Below, in pieces: positions 39,301 through 51,041 of a DNA stretch of 64,000 nucleotides. This DNA is from Chiloscyllium plagiosum (taxonomy: Eukaryota). The DNA lies in NCBI RefSeq assembly GCF_004010195.1, contig NC_057718.1:52532254-52596253 (forward strand), given 5' to 3'. Below the pieces are notes generated by a model that saw only the letters and a list, made by a program, of their open reading frames with translations, did no database searches and was not told where the DNA came from. The position numbers were made by a program, and so were the translations under genes. Numbering within the stretch: the first letter of the stretch is position 1; each line of letters starts with the position of its first letter.

Positions 39301-40329
39301 CAAGAATCTTAAATCTATAAATGACCCATAAATGAAAGCAAAACATGTAACAATTTTGTGAATTTAGTGGACTGTTTATTGTTTTTAATTATAATTCTGC
39401 TAATTCTAAAAATCATATAGAAAATCTGAGAACGACACATTTTAACTTTTAAAGAATTGACCACGGACACATTCATAATCTATATTGTGTAAGATAGTGA
39501 CATGATAAAAATTAATCATGCAATTAATATTTTTAAAATTCATTTGTAATATTAACATTTTAAAAATTCCAGCAGTTTAACATTATTTTAATAAAATTTC
39601 CAGAGAAGTATTTAATGGAGAAATTTAAAGGGATGCCCCTGAAAGGTTGGCACTGGAAGCTTTTCAGGTTTCCCATGTACGTGTCCTCACCCACTACTGT
39701 GTGAAAACTAACTGTGGCAGGATGAAGCCTCAGAATTATTGAGAGCAGTTGTGGGAAGGCAGGTGTTCACCATGTGGTACCTTCCCATCTGATTAAATCC
39801 CTTCTTGCCACCAAACTTGCTATGAGAGACGTTATTAAATTCCACCCCTAGTTCTTACATACATGAGTGGGAATTAACCAAACTTGCAGAACTGAAAATG
39901 GACATTTAGAAATAAAGCTAGCACTTGAAATTTCTTGCACCAAATTGAATCAGTTAGTGTTTTAATTCATTATTCATATTTGTTTCTCCTTTATTGTGCT
40001 GTTGGCATTTGAATGCTTTACTTTAGAAAATGTCATTTTTACATTTATGATCTAGATTTAAGTAGAAATATTAGAGAGGCTTTTGAGTGTTTGATGATAC
40101 AAAATAAAAGAAAAAGTTCATGGTGTCAGTTGTATGACCTAGAAATAAAGGGAATTAAGTTAAAATGGGCTTATATTAGAAGATGTCAGTGAACAAACCA
40201 AGAGAATTGCAATGGATATAAAGGATTTTGTCTCCGTTTAATCTCAAGTTATTGGATCATCGTTCTCCTACTACCAAAAGATGGAAGAATTTTTAAAAAT
40301 TAATGCAAAAAGACTTGTAGTCATCTTAC

Positions 40330-41050
40330 CTTCACTGCAGTCTTTTCCTTGAAATCCAGTGTGGGAACAATCACAAATTGCCTTCTCCTGTACAACAGAG
40401 CAGGTTCCTCCATTTAAGCATAGACTATGATTTGTGCAAAGATAGTTTTCATCCATCTTGATTCCTTGACCATCAATAAGTGTCGTAGTCCCATTTCCAA
40501 CCTTGAGGTCAGTTATTAATCCCTGGAATGGTTCTTGACTTCCTACTGATGTTGATGTTAATGATAGCACTGATGAATGAAATTCTGGTGGAATTCCACC
40601 AATGTACAATTTGCTAAAAACTGTCATGTCTCGTCTCTTTGACTTCACTTCAACTGTTTTGATCTCTTTGTCTACTATTAGTGTTGTCTTCCTGAAATTC
40701 CTCTGAATAACTACAGTGTGCCAAATACTATCATTCACTTTAGTATCCGACTGTAGAACAGCTGGTTCAGCACAGAAAATTGAAAAGCGAAGTTGAAGGT
40801 ATCCATCAACAATTAGAAGTTCTAGAAAATCACAGAATCCTTCATCATCAAAGTAAACCAGTAGACTACTGGAAATGTTGGTCTTCATATTAAAACTCAT
40901 CTCACTTTCACAGCATGCATTCCACTTTGGGAACCTTGCCCACTGTCCTGCAGCTCCAGTAAATTCTAAACTGACCCCAAGGTTAACAAGGCATCCAAAA
41001 AGCAAGCCAAACCAAAGCAAATGACCTTTCTTCTTGATGACAACAGCCAT
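40330..41050 (-). CDS. NRXN1: Alpha-neurexin (NRXN1-like) first coding exon: signal peptide, laminin-G/LNS1 domain, EGF1
   Basis: ORF 40271-41122 reads LEFTGAAGQWARFPKWNACCESEMSF...YFDDEGFCDFLEL...FSIFCAEPA...EVKSKRRDMTVFS...CLNGGTCSVVQEKAICDCSHTGFQGKDCSE, matching alpha-neurexin-1 as I recall it. ATG at 41050 has a strong Kozak context (aagATGG) followed by a hydrophobic signal peptide. Donor GAAG|GTAAGA at 40330/40329 is phase 1, directly after EGF1 as in vertebrate neurexins. Family is secure; exact paralog is less so. Confidence 0.95.
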
Positions 41051-41686
41051 CTTTGTAAGTGCAGTGTGATGTTGAATAATATACAGATTGCAAAATAATT
41101 TGTAACAAAAAAAGTCTCTCACGTTTTATAGATATGCTGTGTGTCAAAAAAATGTATCCCTTAGTGAATCCAACAAGTTGGTTTCTCCAGCAAAATACTG
41201 ATGGCAGTCTTTTAGGTTAGGTATTAATTATGGTGCGTCAGCAAAACAAATTGTATCAGTGGCCCATATCCACAGTGGATTTTGCTTAGTCAATCAGACA
41301 ACAGCTTTTTTTTGTAGCTCCAGCTCAGAAAATAACTGGTGTTTAGATTTTCTCTGGAAAATGAACTCATCCACATTTGGATCTGACAGGTGACTTTCTC
41401 CAGTTTTGTTTGATACTCCCCGTCAGTGATCCCATTAAAATACCAAAATTGCTCTGTGTGACAGATTCCAAGCACAGATCCTCAGAATCATGCCATCATG
41501 TTAAAACAGACACTCTGAGTCATCATTCGTGGCTTCCTGGGCTGCCAGCTTCCCAGTGGTGCTGAAAAATCATAAACCATCAAGTAGCTCAGCAGCTGCT
41601 TGACATGCAAAGCCTGTCAGCAAGTCTTCCTTTCAGGGCCAAACTGTGATTCCGGCATTTACAGCAGCTTCAACACAACTCGCAAT
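41051..41686 (-). other. Probable 5'UTR portion of the first coding exon of the neurexin
   Basis: Minus-strand acceptor atttattgctttcattccttgcAG|attgcg at 41688-41687. A long UTR within the first coding exon is typical of alpha-neurexins. Inferred, no transcript data. Confidence 0.6.
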
Positions 41687-44073
41687 CTGCAAGGAATGAA
41701 AGCAATAAATAATAATATGACCCCAGCTCAGTTTAAAACCATCTTACAATAATATGCATGAACATCTCCCTGCAAATGCTTGTTACTGAAATAAATCATA
41801 ATCCACAGCCTATGAAGTAATGAATGCATTAGAAACTTTACACTCTTATTTATTGATACAGAATAATTAATTGCTCTAGTCATAAAACGACTCAGGCAAA
41901 AAAAAATCCAACATGGAAGCCACTTCTTTCAATTACTTGTCTATTTCTAGACGTCAATCTTATTTAACTGGTAGCTATTAAAATAATCTTTAATCTCTTC
42001 TTGTTCAATGAAACAATTGGTTCTTACATTGGTTGATAAAGGTATACATCATAATTTTTTGACAGCTATTGAAAGAAAGGAACAGAATTTTGTGATGCAG
42101 AAGGCACTTAAATTAAGAAATACCTTTCTTTGTGCCTTACATTACTGCATAATGTTATCAAAAAGGAGATAGTGGCTTAAATTATTAACGTCAGCAAATT
42201 TAAATGCACTCTTGTTTTTGCTACACTGGAGATATAAGTGATACTACTCAGTTTGTCATTATTCATATTTTAAAATTCACAGACAGAAGGAGGAAGTTGA
42301 CAATACATCATTGTATTCTCACTAAAAGTGCATCTAAGCATAGCTATTTATTCATGAGCACCTTGACTTTATTACTTGGAAGATCCTGACTACATTGGTG
42401 AAACATCATCGGAAAACTAAGATGTTGTAAAAACAGCCGCTATGGTACAACCTGTTAGGAACAGTTTGGAAAGGGGTATCATGCTGGGGAAACATATCAA
42501 TGTTAACAAAGGGTGCACATTTTCAAACACCGTGATTATCTGCATTCATCGTTCCGATTAAACGCAGATATTAGTTATGTCTTTGATACGACATAACCAC
42601 AAAGAAAGATTGGACGAAAGTTGCATATTTATAATTGTTAACTGTTTCGTGATCTGCTTGTAAGGTTCCGATATTATTAAGCCAAACGTACGTCTGACCA
42701 TTCTAAAACAGTCTAAAAATATTTCCTACACCCCATTTCCAACACAAAAGCTTTTTTTTTTCACAAACCGCTGTTTAATTTTCAAGTTATGTCTCGGAAC
42801 GGTTTATCGAACTGTATTGAACCTCTATATCTAATTAACGTTTTAAAAAAAAATCCCAGCAGTGAATATTACTGTGCTGTAGTGGGTTATAATCTTCACC
42901 AAGGGAAGAGGAGGCGCATCCCAACTCAGTAAGCTCAGATCGATCTTTACTCAACACTGGGGCACTCCGGTAATATTAAATTCAAGGGGCACCATTTACT
43001 GAATTACTTACCTGGGGACAGCTCGTATTTTGACTGCTTTCAGTCCTAAACTGAACATGAGTAAACTATAACAGGAAGTGTGAAAACAGCCAAAGGGAAT
43101 CTAAATGTGGCACAAACCTCTGACTCGATCGCGGGGTTTATGAAATTCACATGTATGGGGAAGGAATTTTACACTCAGAAATAAAACCAAGATACCGTTA
43201 TGTAAAATACATCTTTACAAATCATCTGGACCTCTGGACATCAGAATGGGAGTTTGCTCACAGGATAATGATTATCCTACTCTCTGTTTTGTCTGAATGG
43301 AAAGGGAAGCCGGAACTATTTAACATTCATGCACCGTAAGGGGGGGGGGGTGAGGGGGGCATTTTATAATGTTCTTCACAGCGAATTTGAGATGAGCCGT
43401 TAATCTGTCAGTAATTTCTAACGAAATATGATAGCCTTACCTCCCCACCTCCCTGCCCACTCCCCCCCCAAACCAACTGTATACTCGGCATTTCACTCAT
43501 CTGTAGTTAATTCCGGTATTTCAATTCTAACCCCGTCACAAAAAAAAGAAACATGCTTCGTACGAACAGTGAGGAAAAGCACGGTCGAAACATGTCAAAA
43601 AAATTCCACTCAGTGTCACGTTCATTACCAGGCGATCCTTTCCCTGCTATCTCAGATCAAAGGGGAATTATCTTGTAATTACACAAATCATACATACAAA
43701 TCCCGTGCCAGCCCTTTCTGAAGGGGTTACCAGCTCATCACATGAAGAGACGGCAGCATCTCCCTCATCCCATACACACACGCAAACATTTTACATGTTA
43801 TCGACAGAGAAACCTTGCTCAGACGCTGAATAAATCCCAACTGCCTATTCAAGGAAATCAGTAGCTTCCAGATCAGCGAAAAGCAGGTACACAGATAGAG
43901 ATCGAATCACTGTGTCCGGTGCATAAAAGCGTGTGTCGAGCACCGCCTTCACCACAGCACTGTACATGTCGTTTTATACCTACAGCATCTGTGCACCGCT
44001 ATGCCCGTATCTGTCAGGGCCAGAGTCTGTGTAGCATTGCATCCGATTTAAACATGGAGCTGTTTTTTTTTAC

Positions 44074-44450
44074 CTGCAGTACATTCCCTGGTCGTTAGAG
44101 ATGGCTGTGGGCTTTTAACTGTGAGATGGGATCACATTGAAATGTTTCCCTGGCTCTGCCGTGGTCTTTCTGCTGCTTGCTTCTCCCATCTCTGTTTACA
44201 TTTGCAGGACAGCAGGCTCTCTCCACCACCCCCCACACCCCCCTCCCCCCCCCCCCCCCCGGCTCCAGCTCGCTTTCTCAGCCGCTTGCTGAGCCGAGCG
44301 CGTCACACGGGCGTTTCTCTCGAAGCGAACCAGTACCGACGCTGCGGGAGCAGCAGCAGCAGCAGCAGCTCACAAGCGAATCTCTGAATCTCTCCCTCTC
44401 TCCGTCCCTCTCCCTCACAGACACACTCACACACACCCCGCCACGCCAGA
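44074..44450 (-). promoter_or_regulatory. CpG-rich promoter and putative non-coding first exon of the alpha-neurexin
   Basis: Local GC/CpG enrichment (gagccgagcgcgtcacacgggcg), a (CAG)n tract near 44348-44369, C-runs at 44221-44260, and a minus-strand donor CTGCAG|GTAAAA at 44074/44073. Transcription start not determinable. Confidence 0.6.
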
Positions 44451-46468
44451 AAGCTCTCTCAACTGTACCGTCTGTGCCACCACGGAAAGGAATAAGAACC
44501 ATTCCAGCACCTCCACGAAATAAACAGTGGAATGCACCATAAAGAACTCCTCACCCACAACTGTTGTACATTTAATGGCGACCAGGTAGCGAAGTGATAA
44601 CTGCAGGAGGACACCTTAGGGTGGGCTTCAATCTGGTGTAAAGATTGAACATTCCCCCCTCCCCCGCGAGCAACCGAACTTGGAGCTAATGTTGCTTCAG
44701 ACCGAGTCACACCGACACAATCACAATCCCCTTCCACAATGATGCTAAGGACAGCTAACATTGACATGCCAAACCAAAAATAAAGTTTTGATTTTTAAAA
44801 CTGACCTGCAGGTGGGGTAACAAATTCAAGAAAGATTTAGCAGTAACTATTCATTGGTTCCTTTGTCTTCCAGGATTCTAAGCTACCGTTTGCAAGCTAT
44901 CAGGAGTGGTTCAGTGGGTAACACTTCTGCTCCAGAAGGTTACAAGCTGCACATTCTACTCCAGGGCTAAACGCTAAACTGTGGCGAATACTGGACGTGC
45001 TGTTTCTCAAATGAAATGTTTAACTGGGGATTCCCAGCTGGATATAAAAGATCTCAAGGTATTCTTTTGAAGAAAGGCGTAGCAGTTACCCCGACCCCTA
45101 ACTAATGTTTCATCCTCAAATAACATGAACTTCCTTGGCTAGAAAGGTCTTGAGGCATCCAGTGGCTGTAAAATGCACTTTACAAGTCCACAGCTTCCTT
45201 TTCCCCTTTGAACACCAGAAACGGCCAGGAACTCTCTTGAAACGGTCCATGACTACTTTATTCAATGACATAGTCTTACCAGGGCTGTTCCCTCATTACA
45301 GACAGACAACTAGTGGCAGTTTAACGTTGAGGGTTACCATGTCTCAGGCGAAGGAAGAGATGAGCAAGTTTTTCATAAACACCTCATAAAGTCGGTGGGA
45401 ATTGTACTCACGCTGTTGGTGTCACTCACCAGTAATCAAATAGACTGAACTAACCTTACGTGGATAACTATCACTTCATTGTGCAATCCTGAGCTGCTTT
45501 ATTTGATGTGCAGTTCCGAGTCTACACTGGCAGGTTATACTATAAATTAATCAGTGCACACTTCATCTAAATTTCTTGCCAAAACACCTGTCAGTGACTT
45601 CAGCGGCCATTGGCTTCCTCCGTCTGCAACGACAAACTAATTATCTTTTGCAATTTTGGATGACCCAAGCATAGCGTGATACATTTAAGTCCTCGGTAGT
45701 TTACCCAGCTTGACGGCGTGCGGAAATTATTTTGAGTTATGGATACATTCAGCTCCCATATTCAGAAACATGTAAAATTACAGATTTTCCGATCAATTCG
45801 AAGGTCAGGTTATTAATTGTAGATACCTGAAATGTCCCAGAAGAAAACAAACTGTAGGGTGAGGTAAAGGAGAGTGAAATTAGATTGTATTTCACTCACG
45901 GTTCATGAACAAAGCAGTGGCAAATACATTCATTTCAGGGGCTGGTGACCAGCTTAGCAAGAGCATCTGAATTCTGTTCAGTGCCATATTTTCTTGGTCA
46001 TATTCCAAAAGTCCCACTGGCCACCTAAAACAGGTATTGGGCACCTTGTATATGCAAATGATTTATTGCCACATCCCAATTTTTAAACAGTTACAAACTG
46101 TGCACACATGCTCATGATTTGATACCTTATATGCAACTCTCTACAGCAAGTTACTACTGGCCAGTCAGCTTGTGTTTTCTTTCTGCACCATAAACTACAA
46201 GCTAATGACTGCCATCTGACCTGGCCCAAGATAGTCTGGTGAGCTGCCTCAGAAGGTTCAACATATACCCACAATTCAGTGCAGTTATTCAGATAAGATC
46301 CACTGTCCAAACACAACTCGGATTCTGGTACCAATGTCAATTCCAGGCCGAAAACCACCTGAATAACCAAGGGTATTTGTTTGTCTGTATCTGTCTTGAT
46401 GTGTGTGTGATGGTTTTAGAAGGGGTTAGAGTTTTAACCAGTATAGCCATACAGTATGTTAATAGTTT

Positions 46469-46785
46469 AAGATTAGATTAGATTAGATTAGATTCCCTAC
46501 AGTATGGAAACAGGCCCTTCGGCCCAACGAGTCCACACCGACCCTCCGAAGAGTAACCCACTCAGGCCCGTTTCCCTCTGACTAAAGCACCTCACACTAT
46601 GGGCAATTTAGCATGGCCAATTCACTTAACCTGCACATCTTTTGGATTGTGGGAGAAAACGGGAGCACCCAGAGTAGACATGGGGAGAACGTGCAAACTC
46701 CACACAGACTGTCACCCAAGGCAGGAATCAAACCCGAGTCCCTGGCGCTGTGAGGCAGCAGTGCTAACCACTGAGCCACCGTGCC
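46469..46785 (-). mobile_element. tRNA-derived SINE (HE1-like)
   Basis: Full length with a (GATTA)n tail. Confidence 0.92.
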
Positions 46786-46934
46786 ACTCCCTAGCTCATG
46801 GCTATTTACTACTAATTAGAATTTTCCTCATTTGCAATAAATAGTAGCTCTTGTTAGGTCAGGAAGTTGGTCCATGTTTTCTGTTAACTTGCCTCCATCA
46901 GGCAGTTAAATTGGGGACTTTGTGTGTTTATTTA

Positions 46935-47935
46935 TAAGGATGTTGCCAGGGTTGGAGGATTTGAGCTATAGAGAGAATCTGAATAGGCTGGAGTTGTTTT
47001 CCCTGGCGTGTCAGAGGCTGAGGGGGGGACCTTATAGAGGCTTATAAAATCATGAGGGACATGGATAGGATAAAATAGACAAGGTATTTTTCTTGAGGTG
47101 GGGGAGTCCTGAACTGAAGGGCATAGGTTTATGGTGAGAGGGGAAAAATTTAAAAGGGACCTAAGGGGCAACCTTTTCATGCAGAGGGTGATGCATTTAT
47201 GGAATGAGCTGCCACAGGAGGCTGGTAAATTACAACATTTAAAAGGCATCTGGATAGGCATATGAATAGGAAGGGTTTAGGAGGATATTTACCTTGTGCT
47301 GGCAAATGGGACTAGATTAGCTTAGGATATCTGGTCGGCATGGACAAGTTGGACCAAAGGTTCTGCTTACATGCTGTACATTTCTATGACTCTATTAACT
47401 CTTGTGGTGGGTACCCTGTTACAGCAAGGATATTGGCAAAATGGAGAGAGCTCAGAAAAGCTATACAGGATTTTGCAGGAAATGGAGGGTTTGAGATATA
47501 AAAATGAGACTGGAAAGGCTGGGATTTTTTTCACTGGAGTATAGGGGATTAAAGGGTGACCTTATTGAGGTTTAAATAATCATGACAGGCAGAGATAAGT
47601 TGAATGACAAGGGTTGTTTCCCTAAGGTGGGAACAGTTCAAAACTAGGGGTATATTTGTAAGGTGAGAGGAGACATTTTTAAAAGGACACGAGGGGCAAT
47701 GTTTTTACAAAGAGAGTGGTTCATGTGTGGAATTAACTGCCAGAAAAGATAGTGAATGTAGATGCAGTTACAATATTCAAAAGACATTTGGACAAGTTCA
47801 TGAATAGGAAAGACTTGGAGGGATATGGGCCATGTGCAAGCAGGTGGGACTGGTTTAGTTTGAGAACATGGTTGGCATGGACTGGTTGACCGAAGGGTCT
47901 GTTTGCATGCTATATAATTCTATGACTCTATGAGT
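46935..47935 (+). mobile_element. Two tandem CR1 3' fragments (about 46935-47395 and 47425-47935)
   Basis: Both are homologous to 29620-30090 and end in ctatgactctat. Confidence 0.88.
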
Positions 47936-50900
47936 AGTGGGATTTAAAAGTCAGCACACTTTCCTAGTTTATCATAACACAAAGATGTAAAGCATATGAA
48001 GCTAGGTGAATTCCAATAGAGAAGAAGATACTGTGTATTATACATTTCCCATTATTGTGAATATCTATTTCATAACTCATTGTAGAACACAATGTTTATC
48101 CTGATGAATTAAAGTGTTAATTGTAGGATAAGTATAAACTCTAGATTAATAAACTGGTGTACATCTAATCAGTATGCAAATCAAACAGGCTTGAATTAAT
48201 TACAGGCAAAGTTAAGTGTGTTTGTCTTAGAAGGTCAGAAGTAGAAGTGTGAAACTCAAACAATGAATGAACCATCTTAGTACTTAATGCGGCCAGATGA
48301 TCTACTTTTGTTTCAATAAAAGTGTTGACATTTTTTCTGTGGTTTGTTGATGAAATGAAGCTCAAGACAGCTGGTCAACAAGGAAGTTCCGTCACATAGA
48401 CCGCAGTTCTGCGGAAATTGTCATAAACTCAAGTAGGGATGCAGTTTACACATATGAGTTACAGAGAAAAAAAAGTTCGGTTGAAAGTAAAATAATCAAT
48501 ATTCCCTTATGTTGAGAACACCACAAAGCATGCCATGTTATCATGGAGAGGGGGTATAGAATTAATAAGTTCTTTATCTAAAATTAATCTGGGTTTTTTC
48601 TAAAAGAGGGCAGATACATGTTTGGTCAACATGTAAGCTACATCACTTGATTGAGAGGAAGAAAGAGGTAAATGTTAGTTAGGCCTGCATCTTAAGAAGA
48701 AAAAATGCAGTCTCTTATTTGCTATGCAGAATGTGGGTGAAGGCTCAAGCTCAGTTTAGAGTTCATGAGGGGGAAAGAAGATTGGAGATTTGCATAGCTT
48801 GAGGCTGAAGGATTAAAAATACAATGGTCCCTACAGTTAAAAATAGATAACTTTGTGGCAGAAAGCTGTTACTTTGGGGGTTGAAGTGAAGAATAGCATT
48901 AAGCAATCAGATCAATTTAGAAGGATTTCCAGGAAATTTCATAGTTTGGAGAATATAGAACAGAAAATTTAAAGTGATTCATGGAGAGTTGCAGCAGACT
49001 TTGGCTTGTTCCAGGAACAATGAATAAATATTCAAGATTCTTGTAACTTATCATGGAATCCTTGGGTGGAGAAAAATGTTTAACTGACCTTTCATTATAA
49101 ATCTTTGGAAACTATAATCCTATAAAGTAATGATGCATACTTTGTTAAATTTCTTTTCATAAACAATAACGTCTCTGATTAAAAGTGTGAAATCTCTTGT
49201 GGTGTAGTTCTATCAGTTAATTATTGGTGTTTGGATTTTTCTTTCAACATTAATAGTGTTTTAACATTAAAATCATTCCAGACAGCTTGGGTTGAATTTT
49301 TTATTCAGTGAAGACACTGGGTTTGGTGGTAGTTGTGACAACTAATTTGTATATCTAACCAGTCTTCCAGTACTTTCCTGCCTCCAGACATTTTGCAAGA
49401 GGCTGTTTCTAGGGAGAGTAACAGCTATAGCAGGCACACAATCTGGCCAATGACAGTGCCTACTGAGGACACTGTCACAGGCTGTGTGGATGTTTCCAGA
49501 AACATTCCCTGCTGAAACTGGAGTCCATTGAACAGATGGAGATAGAATTCAAGCATCAGATCACAAAGTCAGTGATACTGAAAATAATTCCCTTCCATAC
49601 CTTATAATTAAAAATGGCAAAGGGATACAGATATGATCACAGGTCATCCTGTGGCAGGGCAATGTTGGCTTGTTGCTTTGGCCACATTTTACTTTTAAAT
49701 ATTTTAGTCTTCAGAGGAAACTCCCATCTCAAGATCCTCTCTTTCTTTTTTACCTATATCGGCAACATTCACTTTTCTGGTGAGGTTGCTTGCTGAACAG
49801 AACCGAGTTCCCTGACTGTGGAGCCCAGTATTGTCTTTACATCTTCATGGCTCCAGGAAGTGCCTAATTAATTGACCACCTTCTTAAAAATCTCCTTCCT
49901 AGTCTTGCTGCTGGAATTTCCAGTTCAGTACCTCATTTTACTCCGATGGTAGGATCATGATCTAAAAATGATGAAAATCTAGCTACTTCATTCTTATGAC
50001 AAACTGCAAAGACAATTTTCTGCATCCAGTGTTTCCATATGCCCCAATTAGTTTGCACTAGGATGGAGGTTATCTTGTGGCTAATCAAAATGAGTGTGAT
50101 AGTTTTCTGATCCAGGTCTTCCCATGTGGCTTTAGTACTCAGATATCAGGTTTGGATTTGACATCTAAACGACATTTAAGTTTTAAATTAAGCTTTTGTA
50201 AACTTGTTCAGACATACGATGACATATCTCTGGGGAAAGTGGCATTAAACAAAGATTGTACAGGTCACAGTGAGGGAAATCACCCCCCTATAAAATCTCA
50301 ACACCTAAATTATAAATATACTCTGTATCAATATGAAATTGACAATATAATTTCAGCCTAACTTCTAACACAGTTAGTTGGATTTTTATGCTTCAACAGT
50401 AGATCTGTGGTACTTGAGCTTTTAAAGTAAGAAAATAAAGTTTATATTTGAAACAAACACAGAGAATGCTGGAGAAATTCAGCAAGTCTGGTAGCATCTG
50501 TGGAGAGGGAGACAAAGTTAACATTTCAAGTCTGGTGTGGCTTTTCTCCAGAACTTCAGAGTTTATATAAACAGCAGAATATATATTTTCCCACATGTAT
50601 TTCTTTTTACTTCTGTAATACTGGAACAGGCGACTGATACAGGTCGTTAAGCTCTTAATTGTGCACTTTGGTTAAAAGAACTTCACATATGGACATTTCG
50701 TCAGGTATTGATTATTTTCAGAAATGTGGCCATGATTACTATCTAGTAGTGATGAGTAATTGTACCCTGGTGGCAGTCATTTCAGATTTACCTGCCAAGG
50801 TTGGAGTTTCTGGGAAAGAAAACATGTCAGTAAAATAAATGGTATGTTTGCCATTGTTTTCAAAACTCTTGAACAATTACATTTTAAAATTATTTTAATT

Positions 50901-51041
50901 AAAATATTTTTAGTAGACAATTTCTAATGATGCAAGGCTCTATATAACAATTTTATGTGCACATGTGTGCATAGACACACTCGCTCAAGAAATTAGTGTT
51001 TAACATAGAATCATAGTACCTTATCAAACCGGATTTTATTT

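Noticed and set aside
41051..41122. N-terminal 24 aa of the ORF-track neurexin ORF
   Set aside because: It starts at a non-ATG codon; the Kozak ATG and signal peptide begin at 41050.
41546..41566. Possible REST/NRSF site
   Set aside because: Only one half-site (GGTGCTGAA) matches; the other half and the spacing are non-canonical. The candidate near 44475-44490 is also partial.
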